DNA of 63,143 nucleotides, the filler included, from Octopus bimaculoides (Eukaryota): assembly GCF_001194135.2 (NCBI RefSeq). It is 9 parts of 7 records of this genome, joined end to end, with 100 filler letters (N's around TTAATTAATTAA, not from the genome) between each part and the next. Parts side by side here need not be neighbours in the genome. Positions count along the whole stretch, not along the records: positions 1 to 13,619 come from NC_068981.1; positions 13,720 to 17,400 come from NC_068986.1; positions 17,501 to 22,822 come from NC_069002.1; positions 22,923 to 32,825 come from NC_068997.1; 5 more parts are not named here. One strand, 5' to 3'. Below the pieces are notes generated by a model. It was not told the DNA's origin, made no database searches, and saw only the letters and a program-made list of their open reading frames with translations. The position numbers were made by a program, and so were the translations under genes. Shown here piece by piece: positions 12,613-24,067 of the stretch. Each line of letters starts with the position of its first letter. Position 1 is the first letter of the stretch.

Positions 12613-13427
12613 AAAGTGGTAAGCTGGCAAAATTTTGTCGACTTTACCCTTGATCCTTTCGGAATCGACAAAACAAGTACCACTTGACAAGCTCTTTTTC
12701 CCCAACATTTCAGGCCTTGTGCCTATAGTAGAAAGGATTAATATTAGTATTACTGATAACTATATAATTCTACTAAGTACTGGTGAATAAATGTTGTCAA
12801 GTTAATCGACTATATCTTTCCCCAAAGTATTATTTATGAATGCAACCGAGAATATCACATTACCTCCCAAAAGAAGAATAAGGTACGCGAGTTCAGGTTT
12901 GAATATTTAAAACTATTCTATTTCATAAACATATGTCACCGTATTCTTTTTTATATTTGATAGTCATACTAATCCTCATATTTCTGAATAAATATATCTG
13001 TGGGTATGTGTATCTAGAAAATATAGGTTTGTGATTTCTAAACTGCACAGCTATATCTCTGTCAATGGATATGAACAATGAATAAATGTTATGGAGATGT
13101 ATAATTGCTTAAAGAAGCAATAATTAATCGACCCGCTCCGGTGTTTGCATCTCCCCAGTTGGCCATAGGTCCGTTGAATTCTCCCTAAAAATGATAAAAA
13201 CGAGAACTGTAAATAACTTCAGACCGAAAAGAAAAGCATCTCGCTGATTCGGCTAGTCAGATCCGCCTTTTCGTTCACGAACTAGCATAAGAAGGTGTAC
13301 TATTACTGACAATTATTCATCTGAAACCATTAGACAACATACTATATATCATTTATATTATCTGAATCAGCTGATAAAAGCTTTCTAAACATTCACATTA
13401 AAAACAATATCGAGGAAAAAATACATA

Positions 13428-13619
13428 GGCGCAGGAGTGGCTGTGTGGTAAGTAAATTGCTTACCAACCACATGGTTCCGGGTTCATTCCCACTGCGTGG
13501 CACCTTGGGCAAGTGTCTTCTACTATAGCCTCGGGCCGACCAAAGCCTTGTGAGTGGATTTGGTAGACGGAAACTGAAAAAAGCCCGTCGTATATATGTA
13601 TATATATATATATATATAT
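13428..13619 (+). mobile_element. tRNA-derived SINE, family A (head ggcgcaggagtggctgtgtggt), 5' half, ending in internal (TA)n at a gap
   Basis: A-box-like TGGCTGTGTGGT and B-box-like GGTTCATTCCC, then ggcaccttgggcaagtgtcttctactatagcctcgggccgacc, shared with at least six other copies in the window. Confidence 0.9.
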
Positions 13620-13663
13620 NNNNNNNNNNNNNNNNNNNNNNNNNNNNNNNNNNNNNNNNNNNN

Positions 13664-13675
13664 TTAATTAATTAA
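13664..13675. other. Assembly gap linker TTAATTAATTAA (also at 17445, 22867, 32870, 35379, 37096, 58933, 61839)
   Basis: An identical 12-mer centred in N runs of about 44+44, with stop codons in all six frames. It is artificial. Confidence 0.95.
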
Positions 13676-13819
13676 NNNNNNNNNNNNNNNNNNNNNNNNN
13701 NNNNNNNNNNNNNNNNNNNTATATACATCAATTATTTTATGAAAATTAAGAGCTTTTGGTAAATCTCATATTATCTCCCCTTAAGTATTTAACACAGTGA
13801 TTATATGAGACTACTTTAT

Positions 13820-13900
<81 letters not shown>

Positions 13901-14117
13901 CATATATAAAACAATAACGTATTTTACTTCTGATGTATGATTAAGCTTTTTTCTTCATTAGTCTTATTATTTCGTATTATTAGTACTAAAATTAGTCTTA
14001 ATATTTCGTATTATTTAGTACTAAAATGTGCCAAGTTAATAGCATATTGAGCTGATTCCTGGTTCATTGTTTAAATACGCAAATAAATTATCATTACCTT
14101 TGATTCCATTTTCAGAT

Positions 14118-14202
14118 ATGCCCCCGTTTAAATTTGTTCCGGCTTTGCTGTCTTTATTTATATTTTTTCCCTACATCTCAGCTATGCATGAAGGCATTTT
14201 AC
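14118..14202 (+). CDS. Candidate first coding exon of a secreted or membrane protein (MPPFKFVPALLSLFIFFPYISAMHEGIL, phase-1 donor)
   Basis: Acceptor ttccattttcag ends at 14115, ATG is at 14118, and the donor C|GTAATT is at 14203. The peptide has a basic residue, a hydrophobic core and an ISA-M cleavage-like site. No homology recognised and no downstream exon identified. Confidence 0.4.
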
Positions 14203-14923
14203 GTAATTCATTGTAATTTATTTTATTTTCAATTTATTTATTTATATATAAGTATTTCCACTTACATAATGTTTATTTTCTTAATAGTACCCTTACCCCC
14301 TTAAGCATGTTTCATAGCATATTTACTTCCGGTTTCTTTAACGGAACGCTGTATGACTGAAATTTAAAATAATTCTTTCCTATCTAATAGTTTATTATTA
14401 TTGTTTTTTACCTTAGAGGCTTGAAATAGATTTTCTTAAGTGATGTAAGGATAAATTATGTATTTTTGATATTCTTTCTTTCCATATTATTCTAGAGTTG
14501 CTATTTATTTATTTCAATTAAATTTTATTGCTTTATTATTATAAACATAAACAATAAGTTATAATTATATTTAGAAATTATCTATCCCTTTCTGATAACT
14601 TCGATTATTACATATTTAGCCACTGTTTGCTCTTACTTGACTTAAATTTTATAACTTTATGTTTTTTGTATTGCAGTATTATAGATAAATATGATATTAT
14701 ATGGTATTATTATGTATTTATATATACATGCGTTTTTCTGCTTCCTTTTTTCCTTTTCTTTTTCTCCTTCTCTTCTTTTCTTTTTTTAAGTCGCAAAATA
14801 TACACTACCTTCTCCCCCTATGTTAGATTGAGGCCTTCTATAACCGACTCTTTTTGTATATATGCTATCAGTTAACGGTTTATAGCCCTTATCTCAACAT
14901 GTATTTCTAATCGGTATATCATT

Positions 14924-14998
14924 ACTACCTCTGAAGAGATTCATCTTATAATGATTTTAATTTTCTAAAGATTTCTGAATCGGAACAGCTGTCAGAGA
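14924..14998 (+). ncRNA. Type I hammerhead ribozyme-like motif with an A13G core lesion
   Basis: CTGAAGA 14931-14937; stem II GATTCA/TGAATC (14938-43 with 14976-81); GGAA instead of GAAA; palindromic stem III ACAGCTGT 14985-14992; GUC triplet. Stem I has only 2 clean bp. Confidence 0.6.
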
Positions 14999-15319
14999 TG
15001 TTGTCATANNNNNNNNNNNNNNNNNNNNNNNNNNNNNNNNNNNNNNNNNNNNNNNNNNNNNNNNNNNNNNNNNNNNNNNNNNNNNNNNNNNNNNNNNNNN
15101 NNNNNNNNTATATATATATATATATATATATGCGCGCTCGTGTGTGTTATATGAATATAACAATGTCATAACCTGATTTGATACCTGTTTTCTGTCTGTC
15201 AAGGCTTTTTGTTGCTATACACATGTCAGGTTCACCGGTACATTTAGGCAGCTATCACACCTCAGCACTTAATGCTGGAGTTTGGACACGAATTCGATTT
15301 CAGCACTGTCTCTGTGTGT

Positions 15320-15533
15320 ATGGATGTATATGTGTGTGTGTATGTGTGTGTGTGTGTGTGTGTGTGTTGTGTATATGCATGCTCACATACACATACACAT
15401 ATACAAACCTACCTACCTACCTACCTACCTACCTACCTACCTACTTACCTACCTACCTACCTACCTACCTACCAACCTATCTGCCTACCTACCTACCTAC
15501 CTACCTACCTACATACATACATACATGCATGCA

Positions 15534-15566
<33 letters not shown>

Positions 15567-15610
15567 TCACACATACGTACAAGCACACATATATATACAT
15601 ACCTACATGT
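15320..15610. repeat. Compound (TG)n, (CCTA)n, (CATA)n microsatellites
   Basis: Directly visible. Confidence 0.95.
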
Positions 15611-16186
15611 ATATAACACGTGCTCGCGCGCTCAATCTCACACATGCACATGTACATAACATTAGTCTCTCTATTCATCTTAAATGTTTATGTGCTTATT
15701 TTCATGTACGTGTGGGTTGTATTTAATAAGTGTCTAGTGAATGAAACAGCATTTAAAATTATGCTTTTAAGCCTATCCTACTTATTGAACACCTGTTGCA
15801 GACACAGACAAAACACACACATACACAAACACGAAAAGTTTTCTTTGATTTGGTATTTGTTGTATAAAGGATCCAGTTTTATCTATTAGAATGTGACTAA
15901 TTTAGCTATCTTCATGTGGAAGGAATAATGATGATAATGATGATAAAGATGATGACGATGATGATGATTGTGTTGATGGCTACGGTGGGACCATGGTGGC
16001 TCTGGTGGGAAAGGTGGTAGTGGTGACGATTATTTTGCTGAAATGTATTCACATAGTCTTTCTCCAGTGGGAATGAAATTTGCTTAGCGGATGCAAACCC
16101 AGGTCCAAACATTTTTACGAAAAAAGTGGATTTTTTTAATGTTAACATTAAAAACAAATGCAGGTATAATAATAATTTTTATTATT

Positions 16187-16695
16187 AAGAGGGTCGGCAG
16201 AAATCTTGATAAGCTGAAATATTCATGGAATGGGACCAAATGAAGTTAATTTTTTTAAGAGTAAGAGGAACTATTCCTCTTACTCTCCACACATTACCAT
16301 CAGTAATTGCCGTGCATGGGTCGCACTGGTGAAGAAGCTACCCTCTTGGTCATAAAAAGTCATCAACAGCAGATAAGATGTCATCATCACAGCGATACGG
16401 GTGACCAGCCGAGTGTTTTCATGTTGGGAAACAGATGATAATCAGACAGAACCAAATCACTAACCTAGGGAGGGTGATCAACCATTTCAAAGTCAGTCAT
16501 GCCAGGAGCCATTGAAACCAAGGACTTGTGTGCTGAAGCAGTGTTCTAATGAAACCAGACCCCATTCATCAGTTTTTCTGGGCGTTTGGTCTTGATAGCT
16601 TTTCATAACTGTCTTAGCAAGTTGGCATTGAACATTCCATTGGTGGTGTGATCATTTTGAAGATAGTCAATAAACACAATATTTTTTGCATTAAC
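16187..16695 (-). mobile_element. Decayed mariner-family transposase fragment (C-terminal catalytic region)
   Basis: Minus translation gives IVFIDYLQ..T..G..NANLLRQL*KAIKTKRPEKL..WFH*NTASAHKS..FEMVDHPP*VSDLVLSDYHLFPNMK..DDDILSAVDDFL. This is the degenerate LHDNAxxH / HPPYSPDLAPSDFHLF mariner signature. Confidence 0.85.
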
Positions 16696-16734
16696 ATATA
16701 GCATGTGTAATAATGTGAAGTATATTTTGTATAT

Positions 16735-17134
16735 TACTCTTACTCTTTTACTCTTTTACTTGTTTCAGTCATTTGACTGTGGCCATGCTGGAGCACCGCC
16801 TTTAGTCGAGCAAATCGACCCCAGGACTTATTCTTTGTAAGCCTAGTTCTTATTCTATCGGTCTCTTTTGCCGAACCGCTAAGTTACGGGGACGTAAACA
16901 CACCGTTTGTCAAGTGATGTTGGGGGAACAAACACAGACACAGAAACACTCACACACATATATACATATACATATATACGACGAGTTTCTTTCAGGTTCC
17001 GTCTACCAAATCCACTCACAAGGCTTTGGTCGGCCCGAGGCTATAGTAGAAGACACTTGCCCAAGGTGCCACGCAGTGGGACTGAACCCGGAACCATGTG
17101 GTTGGTAAGCAAGCTACTTACCACACAGCCACTC
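16735..17134 (-). mobile_element. tRNA-derived SINE, family A, near full length
   Basis: Head GAGTGGCTGTGTGGTAAG through the internal (TA/TG)n tract to the tail GACTGAAACAAGTAAAAGAGTAAAAGAGTA on the minus strand. Confidence 0.92.
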
Positions 17135-17500
17135 TAATTTCAGAAATTTATCAAGCGAAGCAAACATAAGCAATAAAAATACAAATTGCAAATATTTCAA
17201 AATGTGGGATATTACATGACAAAAACTAACAAAAAAGAGACAAAATTGTGGTGATTGTCTTCCAAAGGTACGATGAGAGGGCTCTATGTGGTGTGCCACT
17301 GAATGGGAACAGAAGTGGGGTGTGTGACATTACATTGACTAATAACCATAAAATAGTGCACAGAGAGTCAACACACACACACGCACGTACACACACACAT
17401 NNNNNNNNNNNNNNNNNNNNNNNNNNNNNNNNNNNNNNNNNNNNTTAATTAATTAANNNNNNNNNNNNNNNNNNNNNNNNNNNNNNNNNNNNNNNNNNNN

Positions 17501-18092
17501 TGATATTTCTCAATTCCTTACTTTGTGCAAGGATCGGTAAGTTCGCTTTGGCGATATTAAAGATGTTCTGGTGGCATGGATTTTGTGTCACTGTAAATGG
17601 AATGATCTTTTCTTGTTTGTCTCTTCTTTGCGGTGTCCTCAGTTGTTGTATGGGTATTTTTAAAGCCCGCTGAATACCATTTTCTATGAGTAGTGACGGG
17701 TACTTTTGCTTTAGCAGAAATTCTTTCAGTTCCCTCAGGCGCTGATTTCTGGTCTCTATATCCTCTACAATAGTACATATTCTCCTGGCTAAGCAGTATG
17801 GGATGTTGCGTTTTGTATGGGGTGGATGGCACGATTTAATGTTCAAGTATTGGTGTGTGTCTGTGTGTTTATAATGTATATCTGTGGTAATGGCGGTGTT
17901 CTTTTTAACTACCATTATATCTAGAAATGGTAATTTGCTACTGCTCATCTCCTTTGTAAATTGGATGGGTGGGTGTAGGTTGTTCAGGAGGGTGTTGAAT
18001 TCTTCCACAGTGCTTTGAGGTTTTGTCCAGATTATAAAGCAATCGTCAAGGTATCTCTTCCATGCTTTTTCTATAAACTTCCTAATTTCCTT
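17501..18092 (-). mobile_element. Penelope-like element: RT catalytic, thumb and linker segment (inverted piece)
   Basis: WKRYLDDCFIIW, LPFLDIMV, TDIHYKHTDTHQYLNIKSCHPPHTKRNIPYCLARRICTIV, LKEFLLKQKYP, IPFTVTQNP. These are Penelope RT and thumb motifs, open over about 195 codons up to the gap. Confidence 0.93.
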
Positions 18093-19698
18093 AACGGCAC
18101 CCATACTTCCTCGGAAGTACCTAATTAAAGAAATTAGCGGAGAACCAGAGGAAGAAGCAAAACTCCGATGGGATCTCGCCTTAACAAAATTCAGGACCGA
18201 CATCTCTATCACCCTGTCTAAATAATCCCCTTATAAAACCAAATATGAAGCAATCGACAATCTTATTGAAGATGAAATATCAAAACTAGCAACCGGCAAT
18301 GTAAAAGAAAAAATGCGCGAACTATGGATCAAAGATATCTCCAGAGAAGAGAACAAATCACGAAAATTATGGCAGCAGAAACAACTATTCCTGGACGAAT
18401 ATTCTACTAACTACGGTAAAGAATTTAGAACCCAGAGAAATAACAGTAAAAAAGAACAATCTCACCAGGGTAACAAAAGCCAGAGCATGAGGCAACATAA
18501 ACGCCCATTCCACCAGGAATCAAAGAGGAACTACGGTAAGAAGAACTCTTCCCCTTTTGTGCGAAAACACCCTAATGTACACATTATAAACAAAAAAATG
18601 AACAAAATAAATATTTCTCTGATCAGGCCATTAGACGTAGGAACACCAGATCATTTTCAAAACTTCAACAAAGATTACCTACAAAAAACTGGGAAAAAAA
18701 CCGACCTAGAAACGGAAACAATACTAGACCATCCTCTCAGATCACTAAAACCAATACTTACAAATAGAAAAAGATGTATAATTCCGAAAATAGGACGGCA
18801 AACATAACAACGCCAGGTAAAATAACACAACGAAAACACAAACTTCAAATCAACACTAACAAAAATAGAAACCATAAATAGAAAAAAATTCATTTTTTAA
18901 TGTCAGGACAACAAACACCGGAGAAACACTCCAAGAGGTAACATACCCAAAACAACTGAACATATAGATCCTAAGATAATTAATCTTTCCAGAAGAGATC
19001 TTGACAATGATGAAACCCAACTTCTGTTAAAAGGCCTGAAATTTACACCTACACCAACAGTCAACCACCATGAACTAAAGGAAGATATCCAGAAATTCTG
19101 TCGCGAAATACGACTTGTCGAATTCTTCACCACCAATATTAATAATAAAAATAATAATGAAACCGAAGATTTTTTAGTGAGGAATAAATCAAATTTCACC
19201 CCACCAAAAGGCAGAAATATCTACCTTGACCAATATATTGACACACTATCAAACTTCCCCCTAAAACAAAATACCAAAGTTAGACCGAACATTAACAAAA
19301 CATTCACTGTACCCATATGCAAGGATAGCCGATGCGGTACATGCCGATCAATTCATACCAGCCCATATATGAACAAAAAAACAGAGAAAATATTCACCAA
19401 TGCGAATATGAACTGCAAAAGTAGAAATCTAATCTACTGCATCAAATGCCCTAATTGTGATGAACTGTACGTTGGCCAGACAGGTAATGTACTATCGGAA
19501 CGCTCACCGGTGCATCGACAACAGATTAAAAACCCAGAAGTCCGTCAAATACCACTGAGTAACCATCTGGCAACATGTGGTCGTCAAACTTTTATTATAT
19601 TTCCATTCCATAAACTTTACAACCGGAATGAAATTGAGAGAAAATGCAAAGAAAAGGACTTTATTAAGAAATTCAAACCCATTCTTAACAAACAATGA
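18093..19698 (+). mobile_element. Penelope-like element: N-terminal region fused (RT deleted) to GIY-YIG endonuclease
   Basis: PILPRKYLIKEI..EPEEE, then IINLSRRDL..E.QLLLKGLKFTPTP (about 18970-19060) and VRNKSNFTPP, joined in frame near 19300 to CKDSRCGTC...NCKSRNLIYCIKCPNCDELYVGQTG..LSER...H.....NH, ending KFKPILN. Confidence 0.92.
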
Positions 19699-19709
19699 TT
19701 AAATCTATC

Positions 19710-19931
19710 CTACTTGGGGTTTAAAAATCTTATCCCTATAACTAAAACACAAAAAAATCTCTCAAATGTCATCATTTCTAAAAATAAACTTGGCATCATT
19801 TCTAAAAATAACCAAACACCTACTGGGTTTTAAAAATCGTATCCCTATAACCAAAACACAAAAAATGTCTCAAATGTCATCATTTGTAGAAATAAGCTTG
19901 GCATCAATTCTAAAAATAGCCAAACACATAC
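19710..19931 (+). repeat. Two diverged tandem copies of an about 110-bp unit in the Penelope 3' region
   Basis: cctacttggggtttaaaaatcttatccctata... at 19710 versus cctactgggttttaaaaatcgtatccctata... at 19819. Confidence 0.9.
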
Positions 19932-20008
19932 TGCTGCTGTCCAAAAGAATAGGTATAAAAGACAGAAAACCAGCCAGTCTATTACAGTCTGTTACAGTCT
20001 GTCATACC

Positions 20009-20051
20009 GGCCATGATGAAATACCACAAGGTATACAAAATAGTATTTGCC
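20009..20051 (+). ncRNA. Highly degenerate hammerhead-like relic downstream of the Penelope ORF
   Basis: GGC-CATGATGA-A, hairpin ATACC acaa GGTAT, AC-AAAA, hairpin AAATA g TATTT, GCC. The layout fits, but the core has an insertion and lacks G12. Confidence 0.3.
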
Positions 20052-21344
20052 TTTATATATTTAATCCTTTTTATTGAACACTCAATATTTCATATATTNN
20101 NNNNNNNNNNNNNNNNNNNNNNNNNNNNNNNNNNNNNNNNNNNNNNNNNNNNNNNNNNNNNNNNNNNNNNNNNNNNNNNNNNNNNNNNNNNNNNNNNNAT
20201 ATATATATATATATATATATACGTTTATGTATGTATGTATGTTTGTATGTATGTTTGTATGTATGTATAGCTATGTCCATATGCAGGATATTTGTGTGGG
20301 GGGTGTTTGCTAGTATACATGTACACAATATACATAATATTGCAATATGTTCGATGGAAATAAAGACAGGCACAATCTGGCCTCAATACATGAAATAATC
20401 GATATATCCGACGTTCACTAGCTTTTACAAAGCGTATGGAAAGCGCATGAGAATGCTGCTAACTAAGGAGCATTTTGAAAAAATCGTTGACCGATATGCT
20501 GTTATTCCGTTGTATTGAAAATATGTCGAATGTCTCTTACCTCTTTAGTTTGTTGCATATTATATTGTGGGATTGATGGCACGGCTAATGTCTGGGGCAT
20601 CACTATAAACATTCAAGAATAACTGAGTATGTTTGGTTCTTGTAATATTATTTTAGACTAAAATATTTGATTATTAGATATGTTATATTAATGGCGGTGT
20701 CATACTTGTTCGTACATATATAAATTCTGTTTAATATTTCACCAAACATATGCAAGTATTTCTCAATTCCTGATTACATATTCTGTAATGATGCAAGCAA
20801 ATACAGGAACATTATTTTCTTTACACTGAGATGGAGCTAAATTTACATCCGCTAGTGAACTATTTGTAGCTATCCGAAATACGTACGAAGTTTGGCTGTC
20901 GGATCAAATTTATTCATCGATCCTTGAAAAGTGGTGTCATCTCCAACACAGCTCTCTAAATCGATAAGTAACCTTCGCACATGTAAACGTTTCCAAATGG
21001 CTCGGTTTGAAATTCGCCTCACATACATAGGTAACATCTGCATGGAATCTCTGTACGGATGCTGCATAGCAATTCACCGGAACATCCAAACATCTTCACA
21101 ATTTCACTATTTCGAGTTATTTCAGTGAACTGTAGTTCAGAAACAGCCACTACTATGAACATGATAGGTACGAAAATGACATCTACCAGGAAATGAGAAG
21201 TAAATTCCTTTGGATAATCATTACGTTTACTCTTACTTTGATTAACGTTGATGCCAACTATAACAGACAACTCTTTCCCGAAAATCTCATCGACATTTTG
21301 AAGCCTATTGTTATAATAATTGCCTCCAGCCTGTCAGCTTCTTG

Positions 21345-21379
21345 GTAATTATGATTATTATTATTATTATTATCATCAG

Positions 21380-21463
<84 letters not shown>

Positions 21464-21472
21464 TATTGTTAC

Positions 21473-21511
<39 letters not shown>

Positions 21512-21535
21512 CATTATTATTACTATTATTAGTAG
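21345..21535. repeat. (ATT)n(ATC)n(ATT)n compound microsatellite
   Basis: Directly visible. Confidence 0.97.
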
Positions 21536-21624
21536 CTGGACCCGTGAAAAAGTCACGGAAAACAAAAAATGTAAGCAACTGTAAACAGTGTATTGATACC
21601 ATGAGAAATGTTTGCATATTCAGC

Positions 21625-21966
21625 TTCAGTCCCATTTGGGCAATTGTCTTCTACTATTGCCTCGGGCCGACCAAATCCTTGTGAGTGGATTTGGTAGATG
21701 GAAACTGAAAGAAGCCCGTCGTATATATGTATATATATGTATGGGTGTGTATATGTTTGCGTGTCTGTGTTTGTCCCCTCCAACATCGCTTGACAACCAA
21801 TGCTGGTGTGTTTACGTCCCCGTGACTTAGTGGTTCGGCAAAAGTGACCGATAGAATAAGTACTAGGCATCCAAAGAATAAGTCCTGGGGGCGATTTGAT
21901 CGACTAAAGGTGGTGCTCCAGCATGGCCACAGTCAAATAACTGAAACAAGTAAAAGAGTAAAAAAG
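21625..21966 (+). mobile_element. SINE family A, 5'-truncated
   Basis: ttcagtccca..gggcaattgtcttctactattgcctcgggccgacc through gaaacaagtaaaagagtaaaaaag. Confidence 0.88.
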
Positions 21967-21979
21967 TATCTGGCTTTAC

Positions 21980-22110
21980 CTTCTGAGTTCAAATTCTGCC
22001 GAGGTTGACTTTACGTTTCGTCCTTTCGGGGTCGATAAATTAATTTCCAGTTTTGTACTGGGATTGATCTAATCAACTGGTCCCTCCCAACAAAAAATTC
22101 AGGCCTAGAA
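21980..22110 (+). mobile_element. SINE family B fragment directly downstream of the family A copy
   Basis: ttctgagttcaaattctgccgaggttgacttt..cctttcggggtcgataaa. Confidence 0.8.
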
Positions 22111-23104
22111 AACTATATTGTGACAGTTAAAGAATATAGTAATGTAACACTAATATTCTCTGTGAGGTTGAATCTCCCTGAGAACTACGTTAATATTATG
22201 CATGTCGGTGGAGTACTCAGCTATTTGTGAGTTAATTTTATCCTCGTGAAATTAAGGAAAAGGGAAACTGACAGCCAATATTTTTCTGTGTTTATGTATC
22301 TATGAACTTTTCCTTGGATTTATGTATCTACTGTCTCTTATACTTTCTCTCTTTCAATTCCTTTGTGTCCTTCTTCTCTCCCGCTTTTGATTTGACGATG
22401 TGCATATGTATCTATGCATCTACTTCTCTTGCAATGTAATACACATTAAAAAACACAAAAAGAACGCCGTCACCACTCATTGTCTCTTTCCCTCTCTCTC
22501 ATTCTCTCTCACTTCTCTCTCTCTCTCTCTCTCTCTCTCGCTCACTCACTCTCTTTCTTTCTCTCTTACGTCCTCTGAAACAGTTAAAAACACAAGACAA
22601 ACACCGTCACCACTCACTGTCTCTTTTACTCTCTCTCTTTCTTTATCACTCTGTCACTCTCTCTTAATTCCTCTCTGTACTCTTTTCTCTCGATTTGCCA
22701 CCTCTTTGACGTAAGTGTGACGCACACAACAAGTACGTACAAAACTAAAGTTAGTGTATTAATAATATTGATTTTTATTGAGAGGGAGGGAGAGAGAGAA
22801 AGTGAAAAAGTCGTTTGGATAGNNNNNNNNNNNNNNNNNNNNNNNNNNNNNNNNNNNNNNNNNNNNTTAATTAATTAANNNNNNNNNNNNNNNNNNNNNN
22901 NNNNNNNNNNNNNNNNNNNNNNGGAAGGGGGGGGTCCTCCTCCCCCTCCACCTTCCACCCGTCCCGGTAAATATGGATAAAAGTCAGAGCAAATATTTGA
23001 GAAACCAGCTTTAAAACAAAAATAATGAAAAAAATAATAATTAAAACAAAAGAAAAAAAGTTTCATTTTTATTTGTTGTTATCGTTGTTGTTGCTTTTTA
23101 TTGT

Positions 23105-23330
23105 CTTTTTACGTTTGTTTCAGTTATTGGACTGCGGCCATGCTAGAGCATCACCTTGAAGGGTTTGGTCGAGCAAATCCCGCCACTCCCTCCCCGGCCC
23201 CACCCCGAATATTTATCTATTTGTTTTTAAAGTATGGCACTTATTTCATCAGTTCTCTCTTGCCGAACCGCTAATGCTGCGGAGACGTAAACAAACCCAC
23301 ACAGGATGTAAATCGGTGGGAGGACAACCG
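23105..23330 (-). mobile_element. Diverged SINE family A 3' half
   Basis: tttgtttcagttattggactgcggccatgctagagcatcacc...gccgaaccgctaa. Confidence 0.7.
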
Positions 23331-23709
23331 CAAGGTCACATACCTAAACACATAGGCACGAATGGGCACACACATACACACACGCACATACACACACACA
23401 CACACACACTCACACACACATATCTATATACACACAAACAGGGTGTTCATAAATTATCTTTACAACTTGCACAATTTATTGTGTTGTGTCGTCTGGATGT
23501 GTTTGCGTGCAATCAACGGAAACTCACATAGAAAGGTTCTGATGTTTATAATAAGACTTTATTTCTTTTCCAATAAACTCTGCAGAGTTTGCCCTATTTC
23601 CATTTTTTTTATTTTTGTATATGTGTGAATTTTTCAAATCGTAAAGGTAATTAATAGACACCTTGTACACATGTGTGTGTTTCTGTGCGTATGTGTGCGC
23701 AGCAGCAGC

Positions 23710-23753
<44 letters not shown>

Positions 23754-23784
23754 AAAGAGAAAGTCCTTGGTACAGTATCATATA

Positions 23785-23936
23785 TATGAAAAATATGAAT
23801 CGAAATGGCTTTTCTAATAATTTTTTCCACTTTAATAATTAGATGTTTAAAAGTTTACACCTCTTGTAAACTTATAAACATCTAATTATTTAGGAGAAAC
23901 ATTATCAGAAAAGCTATTTCGATTCATATTTTCAAA
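23785..23936. repeat. About 150-bp near-perfect palindrome (fold-back MITE-like)
   Basis: The left arm gaaaaatatgaatcgaaatggcttttctaataat...aataattagatgtttaaaagtttaca is the reverse complement of the right arm starting tgtaaac at 23865. The 5-nt spacer cctct lies at 23860-23864. Confidence 0.88.
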
Positions 23937-24067
23937 TACATTCTTTTATTCTGTTGTGTCTGGGGAGAGTCATTCCCTTTTGGTGCCTTATAGTTCAACA
24001 CACTCACCGGTAAAATTTCCACTTATTTCTTTTTCATTTTTCTAAGATTTTCGTTGCGTCTTGCAAT

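Noticed and set aside
21019-21270. Minus-strand ORF with a possible internal exon after ttcctggtag
   Set aside because: No recognisable homology and only a marginal donor.
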